64,000 bases of DNA from an uncultured delta proteobacterium (GTDB lineage: Bacteria; Myxococcota_A; Polyangia; Fen-1088): assembly GCA_963755125.1 (NCBI GenBank), contig CAVWIP010000007.1, forward strand, positions 1 to 64,000, given 5' to 3'. The notes beneath the pieces are model-generated. The model did no database searches and was not told where the DNA came from. It saw only the letters and a list, made by a program, of their open reading frames with translations. The translations under genes and the position numbers were made by a program. Below are positions 8,366 through 18,319 of the stretch, piece by piece; the first letter of the stretch is position 1, and every line of letters starts with the position of its first letter.

Positions 8366-9669
8366 CCGTCAACCGGCAGGTCTTTGTGGATGTAGTGGCG
8401 TCCGCCGGGACCGTATTCGGTCGTGGCTTGGCCGTGGCCGTAGAGCAGCCAGCGATAGGTGAGCAAGCCCTCGACTCCCACCGGGCCGCGTGCATGGAGT
8501 TTCTCGGTGGAGATGCCGACCTCCGCGCCCAGCCCGAAACGGAAACCATCGGAGAAACGGTTGCTGGCATTGTGGAACACACAGGCCGCGTCGACCTCGG
8601 CCAGAAAACGGGCTGCGGCCACCGGGTCCTGGGTCACTATGACGTCGGTGTGGCGCGAGCCATGGCGGGCGATATGGGCCAGCGCTTGATCCATACCCGC
8701 CACCTGCCGGATCGACAGGATGAGTGCGCCGTATTCCGTGTCCCAGTCTGCTCCGGTCGCGGCGTTCATTTGCGGGTGGAGCTTGCGCGTTTCCTTGCAG
8801 CCGCGCAGTTCCACGCCCTGAGCGGACAACGCGGACACGCAACTGTCCAGCGCCGCAGTGGCCTCGGCATCCCACAGCAGCGTTTCCACGGCATTGCAGG
8901 CGGCCGGGTAACTGCACTTGGCGTCCACCACCAAACGCGCGGCCATGTCCGGATCCGCAGCCGCGTGCAGGTACATGTGACAGATGCCGTCGGCATGAGC
9001 CATCACGGGGACGCGCGTATGGCTGCGCACATGCTGAATGAACGACGACGAGCCACGCGCAATCATCAACTCGACCAGATCGTCCATGGTCAGAAGCGCG
9101 TCCACTTCGGCCCGATCTTCCAGCAGCACCATAGCGCGGGTGTCGATGCCGTGAGCGGAGAGAACCCCATGCGCCACCGCACAGAGCGCGCGGTTGCTGG
9201 CGCTGGCCTCGCGGCCCCCCTTGAGCGCCACCGCGTTGCCACTCTTCCAGGCCAGGCTGGTGATCTGCACAAGCGCATCGGGGCGCGCCTCGAACACCAC
9301 GCCCAGCACGCCGAGCGGACAGCTCACACGCTTGAGGATGAGACCGTGGTCGAGCGCCCGATGGGTCAGCGTGCGGCCGACCAGCTCCGGCATGTCCGCG
9401 AGCTGCCTGATGCCTGCGATGGTGGTGTCGAGCTTCTTGTCGTCCAGCAGAAGTCGCTTGACCAGAGCTGAGCCGAGGCGACCCGCTGCTTCCTCTTCGC
9501 GCGCACTGGCCATGTCGCGAGCGTTGGCTTCCAGCACGGCCTGACGTGCCTCGGGCCGCGCCAGGGCTACGGCAAAATCGGCCAGCAAACGACTGCGCTC
9601 AGGCCCGGTCAACTCCGCCAGGCGCCGGGCCGCTGCGCGCGCTGCAATCAGGCTTTCTCGCAAGTCCAT
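8362..9669 (-). CDS. proA: Gamma-glutamyl phosphate reductase
   Basis: PLGVLGVVFEARP, KGGREA, YPAACNAVETLL, NASNRFSDGFRFGLGAEVGISTEKLHARGPVG. Confidence 0.97.
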   Translation of the reverse strand: MDLRESLIAARAAARRLAELTGPERSRLLADFAVALARPEARQAVLEANARDMASAREEEAAGRLGSALVKRLLLDDKKLDTTIAGIRQLADMPELVGRTLTHRALDHGLILKRVSCPLGVLGVVFEARPDALVQITSLAWKSGNAVALKGGREASASNRALCAVAHGVLSAHGIDTRAMVLLEDRAEVDALLTMDDLVELMIARGSSSFIQHVRSHTRVPVMAHADGICHMYLHAAADPDMAARLVVDAKCSYPAACNAVETLLWDAEATAALDSCVSALSAQGVELRGCKETRKLHPQMNAATGADWDTEYGALILSIRQVAGMDQALAHIARHGSRHTDVIVTQDPVAAARFLAEVDAACVFHNASNRFSDGFRFGLGAEVGISTEKLHARGPVGVEGLLTYRWLLYGHGQATTEYGPGGRHYIHKDLPVDG

Positions 9670-9715
9670 GATGAGAGTTCACTATGACGTTATTCTGGCG
9701 TGACTGCCAGGGCGC

Positions 9716-10897
9716 TCAAACCGCGCCCATCACCAGATTGTCCCGGGTGATGAGAGCATCGTAGCCTCGGTACCCGAGAATGGTGTCGATCTCGTCGCTG
9801 TTCCGGCCCGCCAGCTTGCGGCAGGCGTCGGCGTCGTAGTTGACCAGGCCGCGGCCGTGCACGCGGCCGCTGCCGTCGCGGATCTCCACCAGCTCGCCTT
9901 TGTCGAAAACGCCCTCCACCGCCACCACGCCGACGGGGAGCAGCGAGGCCTTGCCCTGCAGCAGCGCCTGCAGCGCGCCCTGGTTGACGACCAGCGCACC
10001 CTGCTTGCGACCCGAAACCGCGATGTGGCGCCAGCGCGCTCCGCGCCACTCGGCCGGCGCAATCAGCGTGCCCACGTCGTCGCCAGCCAAAATCCTGTCG
10101 AGCACCTCCGGCATGCCTCCGTTGGCGATGACCACCGCCGTGCCCTTGGCCGTGGCCAGCCGAGCCGCTTCCAACTTGCTGCCCATGCCGCCGGTCCCAC
10201 CGCTGGAAGCGCCGGTAGCGCGGGCCATTGCTTGCTCGTCGACGGAAGACAACTCGGCCACGCGCTGTGCGTTGGCATCGAGCGCGGGATTGGCCGTGTA
10301 CAGCCCGTCCACGTTGCTCAGCATCAGCAGCAGATCCGCATCCAGCGCCACAGCCACGCGTGCTGACAGGCCGTCGTTGTCGCCGAAGAAGGGCCGGGAG
10401 GTCGCCTCGCCCTCGCGGCGCCGGTGCTCGACCAGCTCGCGCACGCTGACGCTGTCGTTCTCGTTGAGCACCGGGATGGTTCCCAGTTCCAGCAGCCGCA
10501 TCAGGGTGGTGCGCAAGCAAAGCGCGCGGTCCCGATCAGCGAGATCTTCGTGCGTGAGCAGAACCTGCGCGGCAACCACGCCGAAATCTGCAAAGGCTTT
10601 GGTGTACAGTCCCATCAGGTGGCCCTGCCCCACCGCCGCACAGGCCTGGCGTAGGCCCAGCGAGCGCGGCCGCTGCCGCAGGCCGAGCAAGCGCATGCCC
10701 ATGCCCACGGCGCCGCTCGACACCAACACCACGTCGCGGCCGGCCCGGCGCTGCCGCGCCAGACCCTCGACCAGATTCATCACCCGTTCGCTGGCCACGT
10801 CCCCGCCGTCCCGGATGACGACATGGGTGCCCAGCTTCACCACCAGACGGTGGGTCTGGGCGAGGGCGGCGCGGCCGCTGAATGAAGTGGAACTCAT
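9716..10897 (-). CDS. proB: Glutamate 5-kinase (with PUA domain)
   Basis: VVKLGT, VSSGAV, AAVGQ, NENDSV, FGDNDGLSA, GTGGMGSK; C-terminal PUA domain (SLLPVGV). Confidence 0.97.
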   Translation of the reverse strand: MSSTSFSGRAALAQTHRLVVKLGTHVVIRDGGDVASERVMNLVEGLARQRRAGRDVVLVSSGAVGMGMRLLGLRQRPRSLGLRQACAAVGQGHLMGLYTKAFADFGVVAAQVLLTHEDLADRDRALCLRTTLMRLLELGTIPVLNENDSVSVRELVEHRRREGEATSRPFFGDNDGLSARVAVALDADLLLMLSNVDGLYTANPALDANAQRVAELSSVDEQAMARATGASSGGTGGMGSKLEAARLATAKGTAVVIANGGMPEVLDRILAGDDVGTLIAPAEWRGARWRHIAVSGRKQGALVVNQGALQALLQGKASLLPVGVVAVEGVFDKGELVEIRDGSGRVHGRGLVNYDADACRKLAGRNSDEIDTILGYRGYDALITRDNLVMGAV

Positions 10898-10946
10898 GGG
10901 CGCGGTCTCACTTTACCTTGGCCGTGGTTCGTGTGGTAATGCGGCC

Positions 10947-11771
10947 GTGAGCATCTTAGAAGGAAACAAGACCCTGACCCTGATTGGCGCCGGTACCATG
11001 GGGGAGGCCATCCTGCGTGGAATTCTGCGCGCAGGCAAGCTTGGCCCCTCTCAGGTGCTTGCGTCCGACCTGCGTGCCGACGCCCTGGCTGACCTGGCCA
11101 AGCGCCACGGCATTCGCACCACCACCGACAACCTGGAGGCGGCGCGTGCCGCCACGGTGGCCCTGGTTTGCGTGAAGCCGCACCAAGTGGGTACCGTGCT
11201 CAACACCGATGCCATGCGGGAGGCTTTGAGCGGCAAGGTCGTCATCAGTATCGCGGCGGGAGTACGCCTGCAGCAGCTCGCCCACTGGCTCCCAGCCAGC
11301 GCCCTCATTCGCGCCATGCCCAACACACCGGCCCTCATCGGGGAGGGCATGACCGCGCTCTCGCGCGGCAAAGGAACGAACGACGCTGCGATCACCTTCG
11401 CGCTGGATCTATTTGGAAGCGTAGGGCGCTCGACGGAGATCGACGAGGGCCAGATGGATGTCGTGACTGCGCTGTCGGGTAGCGGTCCGGCCTTTGCTTT
11501 TCTGGTTCTCGAATCGCTGGCGGACGGCGCGGTGAAGATGGGTTTGCGGCGCGATTTGGCCATCTCCATGGCTGCCCAGATGCTGCAAGGCTCGGCGCGC
11601 ATGGTGCTGCAGACGGGAACGCATCCGGCGGTACTGAAGGATCAAGTAACAACCCCGGGCGGCTGCACCATCGCAGGACTTTCGAAGATGGAAGAGTGTG
11701 GCGTGCGCCACGCGCTTGCCAGCGGCGTCGAGGAAGCGGCGCGCGCCGCGAGCAAGCTGGGGCAGAGTTAG
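10947..11771 (+). CDS. proC: Pyrroline-5-carboxylate reductase
   Basis: IGAGTMG, VKP, SIAAGV, RAMPNTP, ALSGSGPA, VTTPGGCT. It is the C-terminal part of the 643-aa track ORF; real start placed at GTG 10947. Confidence 0.95.
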   Translation: MSILEGNKTLTLIGAGTMGEAILRGILRAGKLGPSQVLASDLRADALADLAKRHGIRTTTDNLEAARAATVALVCVKPHQVGTVLNTDAMREALSGKVVISIAAGVRLQQLAHWLPASALIRAMPNTPALIGEGMTALSRGKGTNDAAITFALDLFGSVGRSTEIDEGQMDVVTALSGSGPAFAFLVLESLADGAVKMGLRRDLAISMAAQMLQGSARMVLQTGTHPAVLKDQVTTPGGCTIAGLSKMEECGVRHALASGVEEAARAASKLGQS

Positions 11772-11777
11772 TTCTTT

Positions 11778-12602
11778 CTAGCGCCGCTGGCAGCGCGGGC
11801 AGAAGAAAGTCGAGCGTCCTGCATCGGGCGACCGACGCACGGGCTCGCCACAGGCGCGGCAGGGTTTGCCTTCCCGGCCGTAGACCAGCAAGGCCGCCGC
11901 GTTGTCGCCGCTCCGGCCCTCGGAGTCGACGAAGTCGCGCATGGAAGTTCCCCGATTGGCGAGCGCAATCCTGAGCGCGGTCCGGATGGCGCGCAGGAGC
12001 TGGGTGGCGCGGCCTGCGGCACGACGCGCTGGCGTGCGGGGATGCAGACGCGCGCGAAACAGCGCTTCGCAAGCGTAGATATTGCCCAGCCCCGCGATGC
12101 GCTTCTGATCAAGCAGAAAGGACTTGAGTGGCGCGCGCGACGCCGCCAGCAAGGCACGCAGTCGAGCAACGTCCAGCTCGGCCAGGGCGTCCGGCCCCAA
12201 CCCAGCCAGCTCGGGCAGGCCATCGACATCGCGACTGGCCGCGACCCAGCCGAACCGCCGCGCATCCACGAAGCGCAGCTCGCGGCTTCCCGTCAGCGAC
12301 CACACCACATGAGTGTGTGGGGTGCGTGACTCGCTGGCGGCCTGCAGCCGCAGTCGCCCCGTCATTCCCAGATGGACCAGAATTCCGGCCTGCCCTCGGT
12401 CCAGGTCGATAAGGATGTATTTGCCCTTGCGGCGCACCGCTGTGATCCGCGCTGCGACCGAGAATCTCGCGAGGGCCGCGCGATCGACCGGACGGGCCAG
12501 GCGCAAACCCTTGCCACTGGTCCACACCGCTTGGATGCGCGAACCCAGCAGGCCCGGCCGCAGCGTGCGTACGACTGTCTCGACTTCGGGCAACTCGGGC
12601 AT
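11778..12602 (-). CDS. mutM: Formamidopyrimidine-DNA glycosylase
   Basis: MPELPEVETV, HLGMTG, GLGNIYACE, C-terminal C4 zinc finger. Confidence 0.98.
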   Translation of the reverse strand: MPELPEVETVVRTLRPGLLGSRIQAVWTSGKGLRLARPVDRAALARFSVAARITAVRRKGKYILIDLDRGQAGILVHLGMTGRLRLQAASESRTPHTHVVWSLTGSRELRFVDARRFGWVAASRDVDGLPELAGLGPDALAELDVARLRALLAASRAPLKSFLLDQKRIAGLGNIYACEALFRARLHPRTPARRAAGRATQLLRAIRTALRIALANRGTSMRDFVDSEGRSGDNAAALLVYGREGKPCRACGEPVRRSPDAGRSTFFCPRCQRR

Positions 12603-12604
12603 GG

Positions 12605-13498
12605 CTATTTTCCCGGCCTAGCATTGCTGATGAGCAGCGGACCGAAAGCGTCTGCCAAGCGGGCGAACTCCGCCACCGAGAGCTCCTCGGCTCGCCGGGT
12701 TCCCTCGATTCCCGCCTGCGCCAGCGCACGGCCCGCCGTTTCGGCGCCGGCCAACGGCTCCAGCGCCCGCCGCAACATCTTCCGGCGCGCGGCGAACGCC
12801 TGCTTGACCACGCGAGCGAACTGCGCCGAATCGCGCACCGGTGCCAGCGGCGTCAGCCGAGGCCGCAAGCGCAAAACGGTCGAGGTGACCGCGGGGCGAG
12901 GATGAAAGGCACCTGGACCGACGTGAAACAGCATCTCGCCCTCGGCCTGTTGCTGCACCATCACCGACAGTCGGCCATACACCTTGCTGCCCGGTGGCGC
13001 CAGCATGCGCTGGGCGAACTCTTTCTGCACCATGAGGATGGCTCGGCCGATCACCTGGCCTCCAGCCGCAGCGTCGGTGATGGCAAAAAGCAGCGACGAC
13101 GTGATCTGGTAGGGCAAATTCCCCACCACCACGAGCGGCCGGCCCACTGCGTGCGCCGCTTTGGCGAAATCAAATCCCAACGCATCGGCACGCTCGATTC
13201 GCAGGCCGGGACTCGTTTCCAACTCCTGCTCGAGTAGAGTGGCCAGTTCCCCGTCATGCTCGATGGCGATGGTTTGACCCGCGTGCGCGACCAGTACTCT
13301 GGTGAGCGCGCCCAATCCGGCTCCGATCTCGACCACCACGTCGTCGCTGCTCACCGCCGCTGCCGCGACGATGCGCTCCTGCACACGCGTGTCGACCAGG
13401 AAGTTCTGCCCCCACGATTTCTTGGCGCGCAGCCCGTGGCGCCGCAGTGTCGCGCGCGTCGATTGGGGACTGTCCCCAGACCTCGATTGAACGACCAT
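12605..13498 (-). CDS. rsmA: 16S rRNA dimethyladenosine transferase RsmA/KsgA
   Basis: KKSWGQNFL, EIGAGLG, GNLPYQI, YGRLSV, RRAEELS. ATG overlaps the tsaD stop (TGATG). Confidence 0.96.
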   Translation of the reverse strand: MVVQSRSGDSPQSTRATLRRHGLRAKKSWGQNFLVDTRVQERIVAAAAVSSDDVVVEIGAGLGALTRVLVAHAGQTIAIEHDGELATLLEQELETSPGLRIERADALGFDFAKAAHAVGRPLVVVGNLPYQITSSLLFAITDAAAGGQVIGRAILMVQKEFAQRMLAPPGSKVYGRLSVMVQQQAEGEMLFHVGPGAFHPRPAVTSTVLRLRPRLTPLAPVRDSAQFARVVKQAFAARRKMLRRALEPLAGAETAGRALAQAGIEGTRRAEELSVAEFARLADAFGPLLISNARPGK

Positions 13499-14508
13499 CA
13501 CAGGGGCAACCCCGGATCCACACTGAGATCCAATGGCGCCCTCTCGCCGCGCGCGAGCGCCCAAGTGCCGGCCTGTGCGATCATCGCGCCGTTGTCCGTG
13601 CACAGCTTGGGCGTCGGCGCGAAGAGCCGGAACCCGTCTTCTGCCGCGGCCGCGGCCAGCGCAGCCCGTAGCCCGCGGTTGGCTGCGACGCCACCGCAGA
13701 CGAGCAGGTCACCCAGGCCCTCACGCTTGAGCGCGCGCCGCGACTTGCGCACGAGCACGTCGACCACCGCAGCCTGGAAACTGGCGCAGAAGTCCGGCAT
13801 CTGCGCTGGCCCTGGCAATCCCTGCTCCCTGATTCGTGTCGCCACGGCCGTCTTGAGACCGGAGAACGAGAAATCGAGATCATGTCGGCCCGGCAGGGCA
13901 CGCGGAAAATCAATCGCTTCCGGATTGCCTCGGCTCGCCAGTCCGTCGATGACCACGCCGCCCGGGTAGCCCAGGCCCAGCAGCTTGGCCACCTTGTCGA
14001 ATGCTTCGCCAGCGGCGTCGTCGCGCGTGGCCCCGAGCGACTTGACCTGGCCCGGCCCATCCACGCGCAGGAGCAGCGTGTGGCCTCCTGACACCAAGAG
14101 CGCAAGGTGGGGATAGCACGGTGGCGCCGGGTTGCCAGGGTGGTCCAGAAATACGGCGGCCAGGTGCCCCGCCAGATGGTTCACGCCGACCATGGGACGA
14201 GCCAGCGCGTAGCTCAGCGCCTTGCCCATCTCCACGCCCACCAGCAATGGCCCCACCAGCCCGGGCCCGCAGGTCGCAGCGATGCCGTCGAGAGAGCGCG
14301 GCTCCACGCCCGCTCCGGCCAGCGCTCGCTTCACCACCGGCACCACGGTCGCCAGGTGCTGGCGCGACGCCACTTCGGGGACTACCCCGCCGTACTCGGC
14401 GTGGACCAGCACCTGCGACGCCACCACATCCGAGCGCACACGCCGGCCGTCCTCGACCACAGCAGCAGCCGTCTCGTCGCAAGAGGTTTCGATGCCCAGA
14501 ACCAACAT
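13498..14508 (-). CDS. tsaD: tRNA t6A threonylcarbamoyltransferase TsaD
   Basis: LGIETSCDET, GGVVPEVASRQH, NHLAGH, VSGGHT, DDAAGEAFDK, CTDNGAMIA. Confidence 0.98.
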   Translation of the reverse strand: MLVLGIETSCDETAAAVVEDGRRVRSDVVASQVLVHAEYGGVVPEVASRQHLATVVPVVKRALAGAGVEPRSLDGIAATCGPGLVGPLLVGVEMGKALSYALARPMVGVNHLAGHLAAVFLDHPGNPAPPCYPHLALLVSGGHTLLLRVDGPGQVKSLGATRDDAAGEAFDKVAKLLGLGYPGGVVIDGLASRGNPEAIDFPRALPGRHDLDFSFSGLKTAVATRIREQGLPGPAQMPDFCASFQAAVVDVLVRKSRRALKREGLGDLLVCGGVAANRGLRAALAAAAAEDGFRLFAPTPKLCTDNGAMIAQAGTWALARGERAPLDLSVDPGLPL

Positions 14509-14535
14509 GCAAGGACGTTTCTGCGTCGCCGGCTG

Positions 14536-17376
14536 CTACAGGCTGTCCAGAATCGCACGCAACTCGCGCGCATGACGGCCGCTGGGCGCTAGCTCCAGGT
14601 ATTTCTTGTACGCAGCCTTGGCCTCGGCTGGATTTTCTGCTTCCTGTTCGGCTCCTCCCAGCACGACGTAGGCGTCCGCCAAGTCGGGATTGACATCCAA
14701 CGCCTTCTTCGCCCAGGACCGCGCCTCAACCGCGCGTCCGCGCTCGAGCTCCGCTGAGGCTACTATCACCATGATGTCCGCCGCCTCGGGGTCGGCCTCG
14801 ATGGCCGGTCGGCACGCTGCCAGTATGACCGAGGGTTTGCCATTTCCGCCGGCATGGGCTTTGAGGCAACGCTCGCGAGAGCCTTCGGTCGGGGCGGAAC
14901 CGACGGTGGGCGCACGGGCCTGTCCGCCGTCGGCTGCCCGGCTCGGCGACGCACCAGACGCGACTTCGGTTTGACTTGCTGGTTCCCGCCCGGCCGCGCT
15001 TGTCGGCTTGGCCTGGGCATCTGGCGGGGCTGCAACCGGTTTCTTTGCCGCGACCAGCGCGACGGTGGGCTGCGACTCTGACAGCTTGCCGCCAGGCTGA
15101 GAGGATTGCCGATCAGCTACGCCTGGGCCCGCGCTACTTTCCGACGGGGCACTTGCCCTCGGGGCTGGTGCCGCCGGCAATCCCGAACGCGAAGCCAGCA
15201 GGGACCGGCCCCCGGTCGGACCGATTCGCAGGGCGAACCAGCCACCGACGACGACCACGACGAGGATCACGGCAAAGAGCGGCCAGCGGCGTTCGTGGGG
15301 AACAACGTCGCTGTCTAGTTTGTCGACAGTGGGTCTAGCCGTGACTGACCGGTCTTCCGTCGACGGGCTGGACGCCGGCATCTCTTCAACCATCATCGGG
15401 GCTGGCTGACCGAATTGCTGGGTTCGAGCTATTTTGTCGGAGACGGGCGCCTGTCCCTGTGCGGACTCTGCGGCAAGTGCTTGTGGCTCGTGGGAACGGC
15501 CAGTTGCCAGTTCAGTGGGCTTTTCGCCCTCCTCGGCACCGGGCGCTTCGGGCTGTCCTGGCTGGCCCTTTGGCGCCGCCTCGTTCTCCGCACCCTGGCC
15601 CCAGGCGCCCCAGTCCATTTCGCGCGCGGGCTCGCGAGGACGCTCGAACGCAAACGCCGTGCCCGTGCTCGCGGATGGTGCGAGGGCACTTTCTCGAAGC
15701 CCGAACTCGATGGTCGTCCGCGCCGGTCGATCGCCGTCACTGACCGCTGACTTCGGTGGAGGGCCCGCCTGGGCCGCATCGGCAAGACCCTCTGGTATGG
15801 GGAAGCCCCTCAATGTGTCGGGCTTCACCATGGCGCCTGCGGCAGGAGCCGCGGGCTTCGGGGGCTCGGTCGGAGTGGCATCGACCCCACCCGGCGGTGT
15901 CCGCGGTAGCCCAAGCGCCAGTTCGGCGGGCTCGCGCCAGGAACCCTCGACCACGGCCGAGACTTCGAGCGGTGACGCTGCCTCGACCTCCCTGTCTTGG
16001 GTGGGGGACACAGCGGGCGCTTTCACCGAATATGTAGGGGCGGACTCCTGCTCGGAAGAGACGGCGGTGAGTTTCAGTGTGTTGCCCGTCAGCTTCGGAG
16101 CAACAGCCACCTTGTTTGGCTGGGCCGTGGCCTCCGGTGCCACGCTTCCGGGCGGGCGCGTATCGAGTGAGAGGGACGCGGTGTCGAGGGAGAACGTCTT
16201 CAGCGTCTTGCTGCCTTGCCGCTCTCCGCTGGACAGCGCATCGTCGGTCGTGGCCCTCTGCTCGCCCGCCACAACGTTCCTCGAGTCGGCCGGCTCGACC
16301 TCCTCCAGGAACTGCCGGGCTGCACTCGCCTCATCTCCACCCGCATCCTCCGCATTCCCCTCCGCCAACCAGCGTGCGAGTTCGCTGCTTGGCTCTTCCT
16401 CGCCGCGCTGGCTGGTCAGCTCGCGGGCATAAATTATGCCTTGCCCGAAGAGTTTGCTGACCACGGTCAAGGCCTCGAGGTCGGGGTAGTCGCTGTCATC
16501 AATCACGGCGAGCAAACTGCGAGTACCGTCGCACAGCCGAAGAAGTCCATTCATCTCGTCGGGCAGGTCAGCCAGCTTCTCGGCCAGAACACCAACATCG
16601 ACCTCGATCACGCTATCCAGCGCCGGCAGCGTTTCCAGCAGCCGGGTCCACTCGTCGAGCCGCCGCATTCCCTCCATGAGCAGCGCTGCTGACGGAAGAT
16701 CGATGACATCTCTTCGCCGAATCGGCTTGAACTCGACCTCGAACTGCCCATCCGACCACGAGAACAGGCGGTACATCGCCTCGGTGCCCGACAATCGGCC
16801 AACCTCGGCGTCGATGACCCGGCCATCGCGGAAGAAAACCGCCCCGCGCCGGCTGTCACGATTGACGATGTGAACGATGCCGGATTTTCGGTTGAGGTCG
16901 ATGGTCTGCACCAGGTCCACAACCCCGATGTCCGAGAGGTCGCCCGCGAACTTGGTGCGGCCTTCGCGCCGTGACTCCAGCCGCTCGCGCTCGGCGCGTT
17001 GGAGCGCGGTGCGGACGCGGATGCCAATCTCCTTTATATAGATGGGCTTTGTCAGGTAATCCTCGACGCCCAGCTCGAGTCCCCGGATCTTGTCTTCGAT
17101 TGACTTGCGACCCGACACGAAGAGGAACGGAATCTTGGCCCACTCCGGGTTGGCTTTTATCTGGCGGCACAGGTCGAATCCGTCCATCCCGTCAAGGTCC
17201 GTGTCCGAGATGATGAGGTCAGGGAGGGTGGCCTGCAGGGCGCCGAGTGCCTCACTGCCCTGGGTCGTGGTCACCACCTCGAAGCCGGCCTTCTTGAGGC
17301 TGACCTCGAGAACCCGCAAACTCTTGAGATCGCCGTCCACGAGGAGGAGACGATGCTTGCTTTGCCCTGTGTCCAT
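14536..17376 (-). CDS. Membrane-anchored response regulator: REC + DUF4388-like + long linker + TM + C-terminal TPR
   Basis: Receiver domain with IISD, FVS and TKP. GDLSDIGVVDLVQ...KSGIVHI...FFRDGRVIDA...GQFEVEF resembles DUF4388. TM segment WPLFAVILVVVVVGGWFAL; TPR ending YKKYLELAPSG. Start at 17376 or up to 17466. Confidence 0.85.
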   Translation of the reverse strand: MDTGQSKHRLLLVDGDLKSLRVLEVSLKKAGFEVVTTTQGSEALGALQATLPDLIISDTDLDGMDGFDLCRQIKANPEWAKIPFLFVSGRKSIEDKIRGLELGVEDYLTKPIYIKEIGIRVRTALQRAERERLESRREGRTKFAGDLSDIGVVDLVQTIDLNRKSGIVHIVNRDSRRGAVFFRDGRVIDAEVGRLSGTEAMYRLFSWSDGQFEVEFKPIRRRDVIDLPSAALLMEGMRRLDEWTRLLETLPALDSVIEVDVGVLAEKLADLPDEMNGLLRLCDGTRSLLAVIDDSDYPDLEALTVVSKLFGQGIIYARELTSQRGEEEPSSELARWLAEGNAEDAGGDEASAARQFLEEVEPADSRNVVAGEQRATTDDALSSGERQGSKTLKTFSLDTASLSLDTRPPGSVAPEATAQPNKVAVAPKLTGNTLKLTAVSSEQESAPTYSVKAPAVSPTQDREVEAASPLEVSAVVEGSWREPAELALGLPRTPPGGVDATPTEPPKPAAPAAGAMVKPDTLRGFPIPEGLADAAQAGPPPKSAVSDGDRPARTTIEFGLRESALAPSASTGTAFAFERPREPAREMDWGAWGQGAENEAAPKGQPGQPEAPGAEEGEKPTELATGRSHEPQALAAESAQGQAPVSDKIARTQQFGQPAPMMVEEMPASSPSTEDRSVTARPTVDKLDSDVVPHERRWPLFAVILVVVVVGGWFALRIGPTGGRSLLASRSGLPAAPAPRASAPSESSAGPGVADRQSSQPGGKLSESQPTVALVAAKKPVAAPPDAQAKPTSAAGREPASQTEVASGASPSRAADGGQARAPTVGSAPTEGSRERCLKAHAGGNGKPSVILAACRPAIEADPEAADIMVIVASAELERGRAVEARSWAKKALDVNPDLADAYVVLGGAEQEAENPAEAKAAYKKYLELAPSGRHARELRAILDSL

Positions 17377-17632
17377 ACGACGCCTTGAATGATCCGTGGC
17401 GATTGTATCCCCGGTGGGCGTTGGTCGCACGTGGCGTTGTGGAAAACTCCCCACGTCCTCGGACACTTCGGCTTATCCGAGATGCGACCTTTCACTATTT
17501 ACGTGTTATATCAAGTAGTTCTGCATACAATTATATTATGATCGGAAAAGAGACATTACACTGGGCCGGCGCATTGCGGTTACACCTCATGTACTACCTC
17601 ACGCCCGCCTGTCTGCGCCTTCAGGAGTTCGA

Positions 17633-18298
17633 GTGGCATATACTGCGCCGGTGCGCGAAGACGCAGCGGCATGTTTGGCGAGACTCGCCGAGGAATGGAA
17701 CTTCCCGCTCACACCCGAGATGGTGACCCGTGTGCTGGGGTTCTGTCGCCTGTTGATGGAATGGAATACTGGCGTCAATCTGACAGGCGCCCGATCGGTG
17801 GCGGAAGTAGTCGGCGAGCATGTCGTGGACAGCTTCGCCATGGCCCGTCTCGTTCCTTTTGGATCTTCACTCGCGGACGTGGGCGCTGGCGGCGGTCTTC
17901 CGGGGCTGCCGTTTGCCATAATTAGGCCAGACTCCCGCGTCACCGTGGTTGAGCCACGAGCAAAGCGGGTCGCGTTCCTGCGAACTGCCGCGCGCGAGTG
18001 TCAACTTACGACCACAGAGGTATTCCGACAACGCGCCGAGGGATTGGGCCGAAGCGGATTCGATGTCGCCGCGTCGCGTGCGACTTTCCCACCAGAAGAA
18101 TGGCTTGGCCTAGGCCTAGGCATGGTCCGGCCTGAGGGATCGGCTCTGGTATTCTCCGGAAAGGAATGGCGGCCAGAAAATTCGGCAGTTCGCATGTGTG
18201 ACGCGATTGGCTACACGACTGCAAGTGGACGAAGCCGCTGGATTGGCGCGTTCCGTTTCACGTGGAACATTCCGTCCGCTGCCCATCCAGAGCATTGA
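17633..18298 (+). CDS. rsmG: 16S rRNA m7G527 methyltransferase RsmG (GidB)
   Basis: WNTGVNLTG, HVVDS, DVGAGGGLPG, EPRAKRVAFL, SRA; AGGAG before GTG. Confidence 0.93.
   Translation: MAYTAPVREDAAACLARLAEEWNFPLTPEMVTRVLGFCRLLMEWNTGVNLTGARSVAEVVGEHVVDSFAMARLVPFGSSLADVGAGGGLPGLPFAIIRPDSRVTVVEPRAKRVAFLRTAARECQLTTTEVFRQRAEGLGRSGFDVAASRATFPPEEWLGLGLGMVRPEGSALVFSGKEWRPENSAVRMCDAIGYTTASGRSRWIGAFRFTWNIPSAAHPEH
18254..18269. promoter_or_regulatory. parS centromere-like site
   Basis: CGTTTCACGTGGAACA matches the 16-bp parS palindrome (TGTTTCACGTGAAACA type); about 10 kb from the candidate oriC. Confidence 0.8.
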
Positions 18299-18319
18299 CA
18301 CCCGCGTCGGGCCATCCCT

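Noticed and set aside
9840..10946. Apparent long N-terminal extension of ProC (643-aa ORF)
   Set aside because: Antisense to proB; ProC similarity starts only at GTG 10947.
17518..17547. dif-like or loxP-like look of GCATACAATTATATTATG
   Set aside because: Spacer length and XerD arm do not fit dif, the loxP arms are absent, and the location is origin-proximal.
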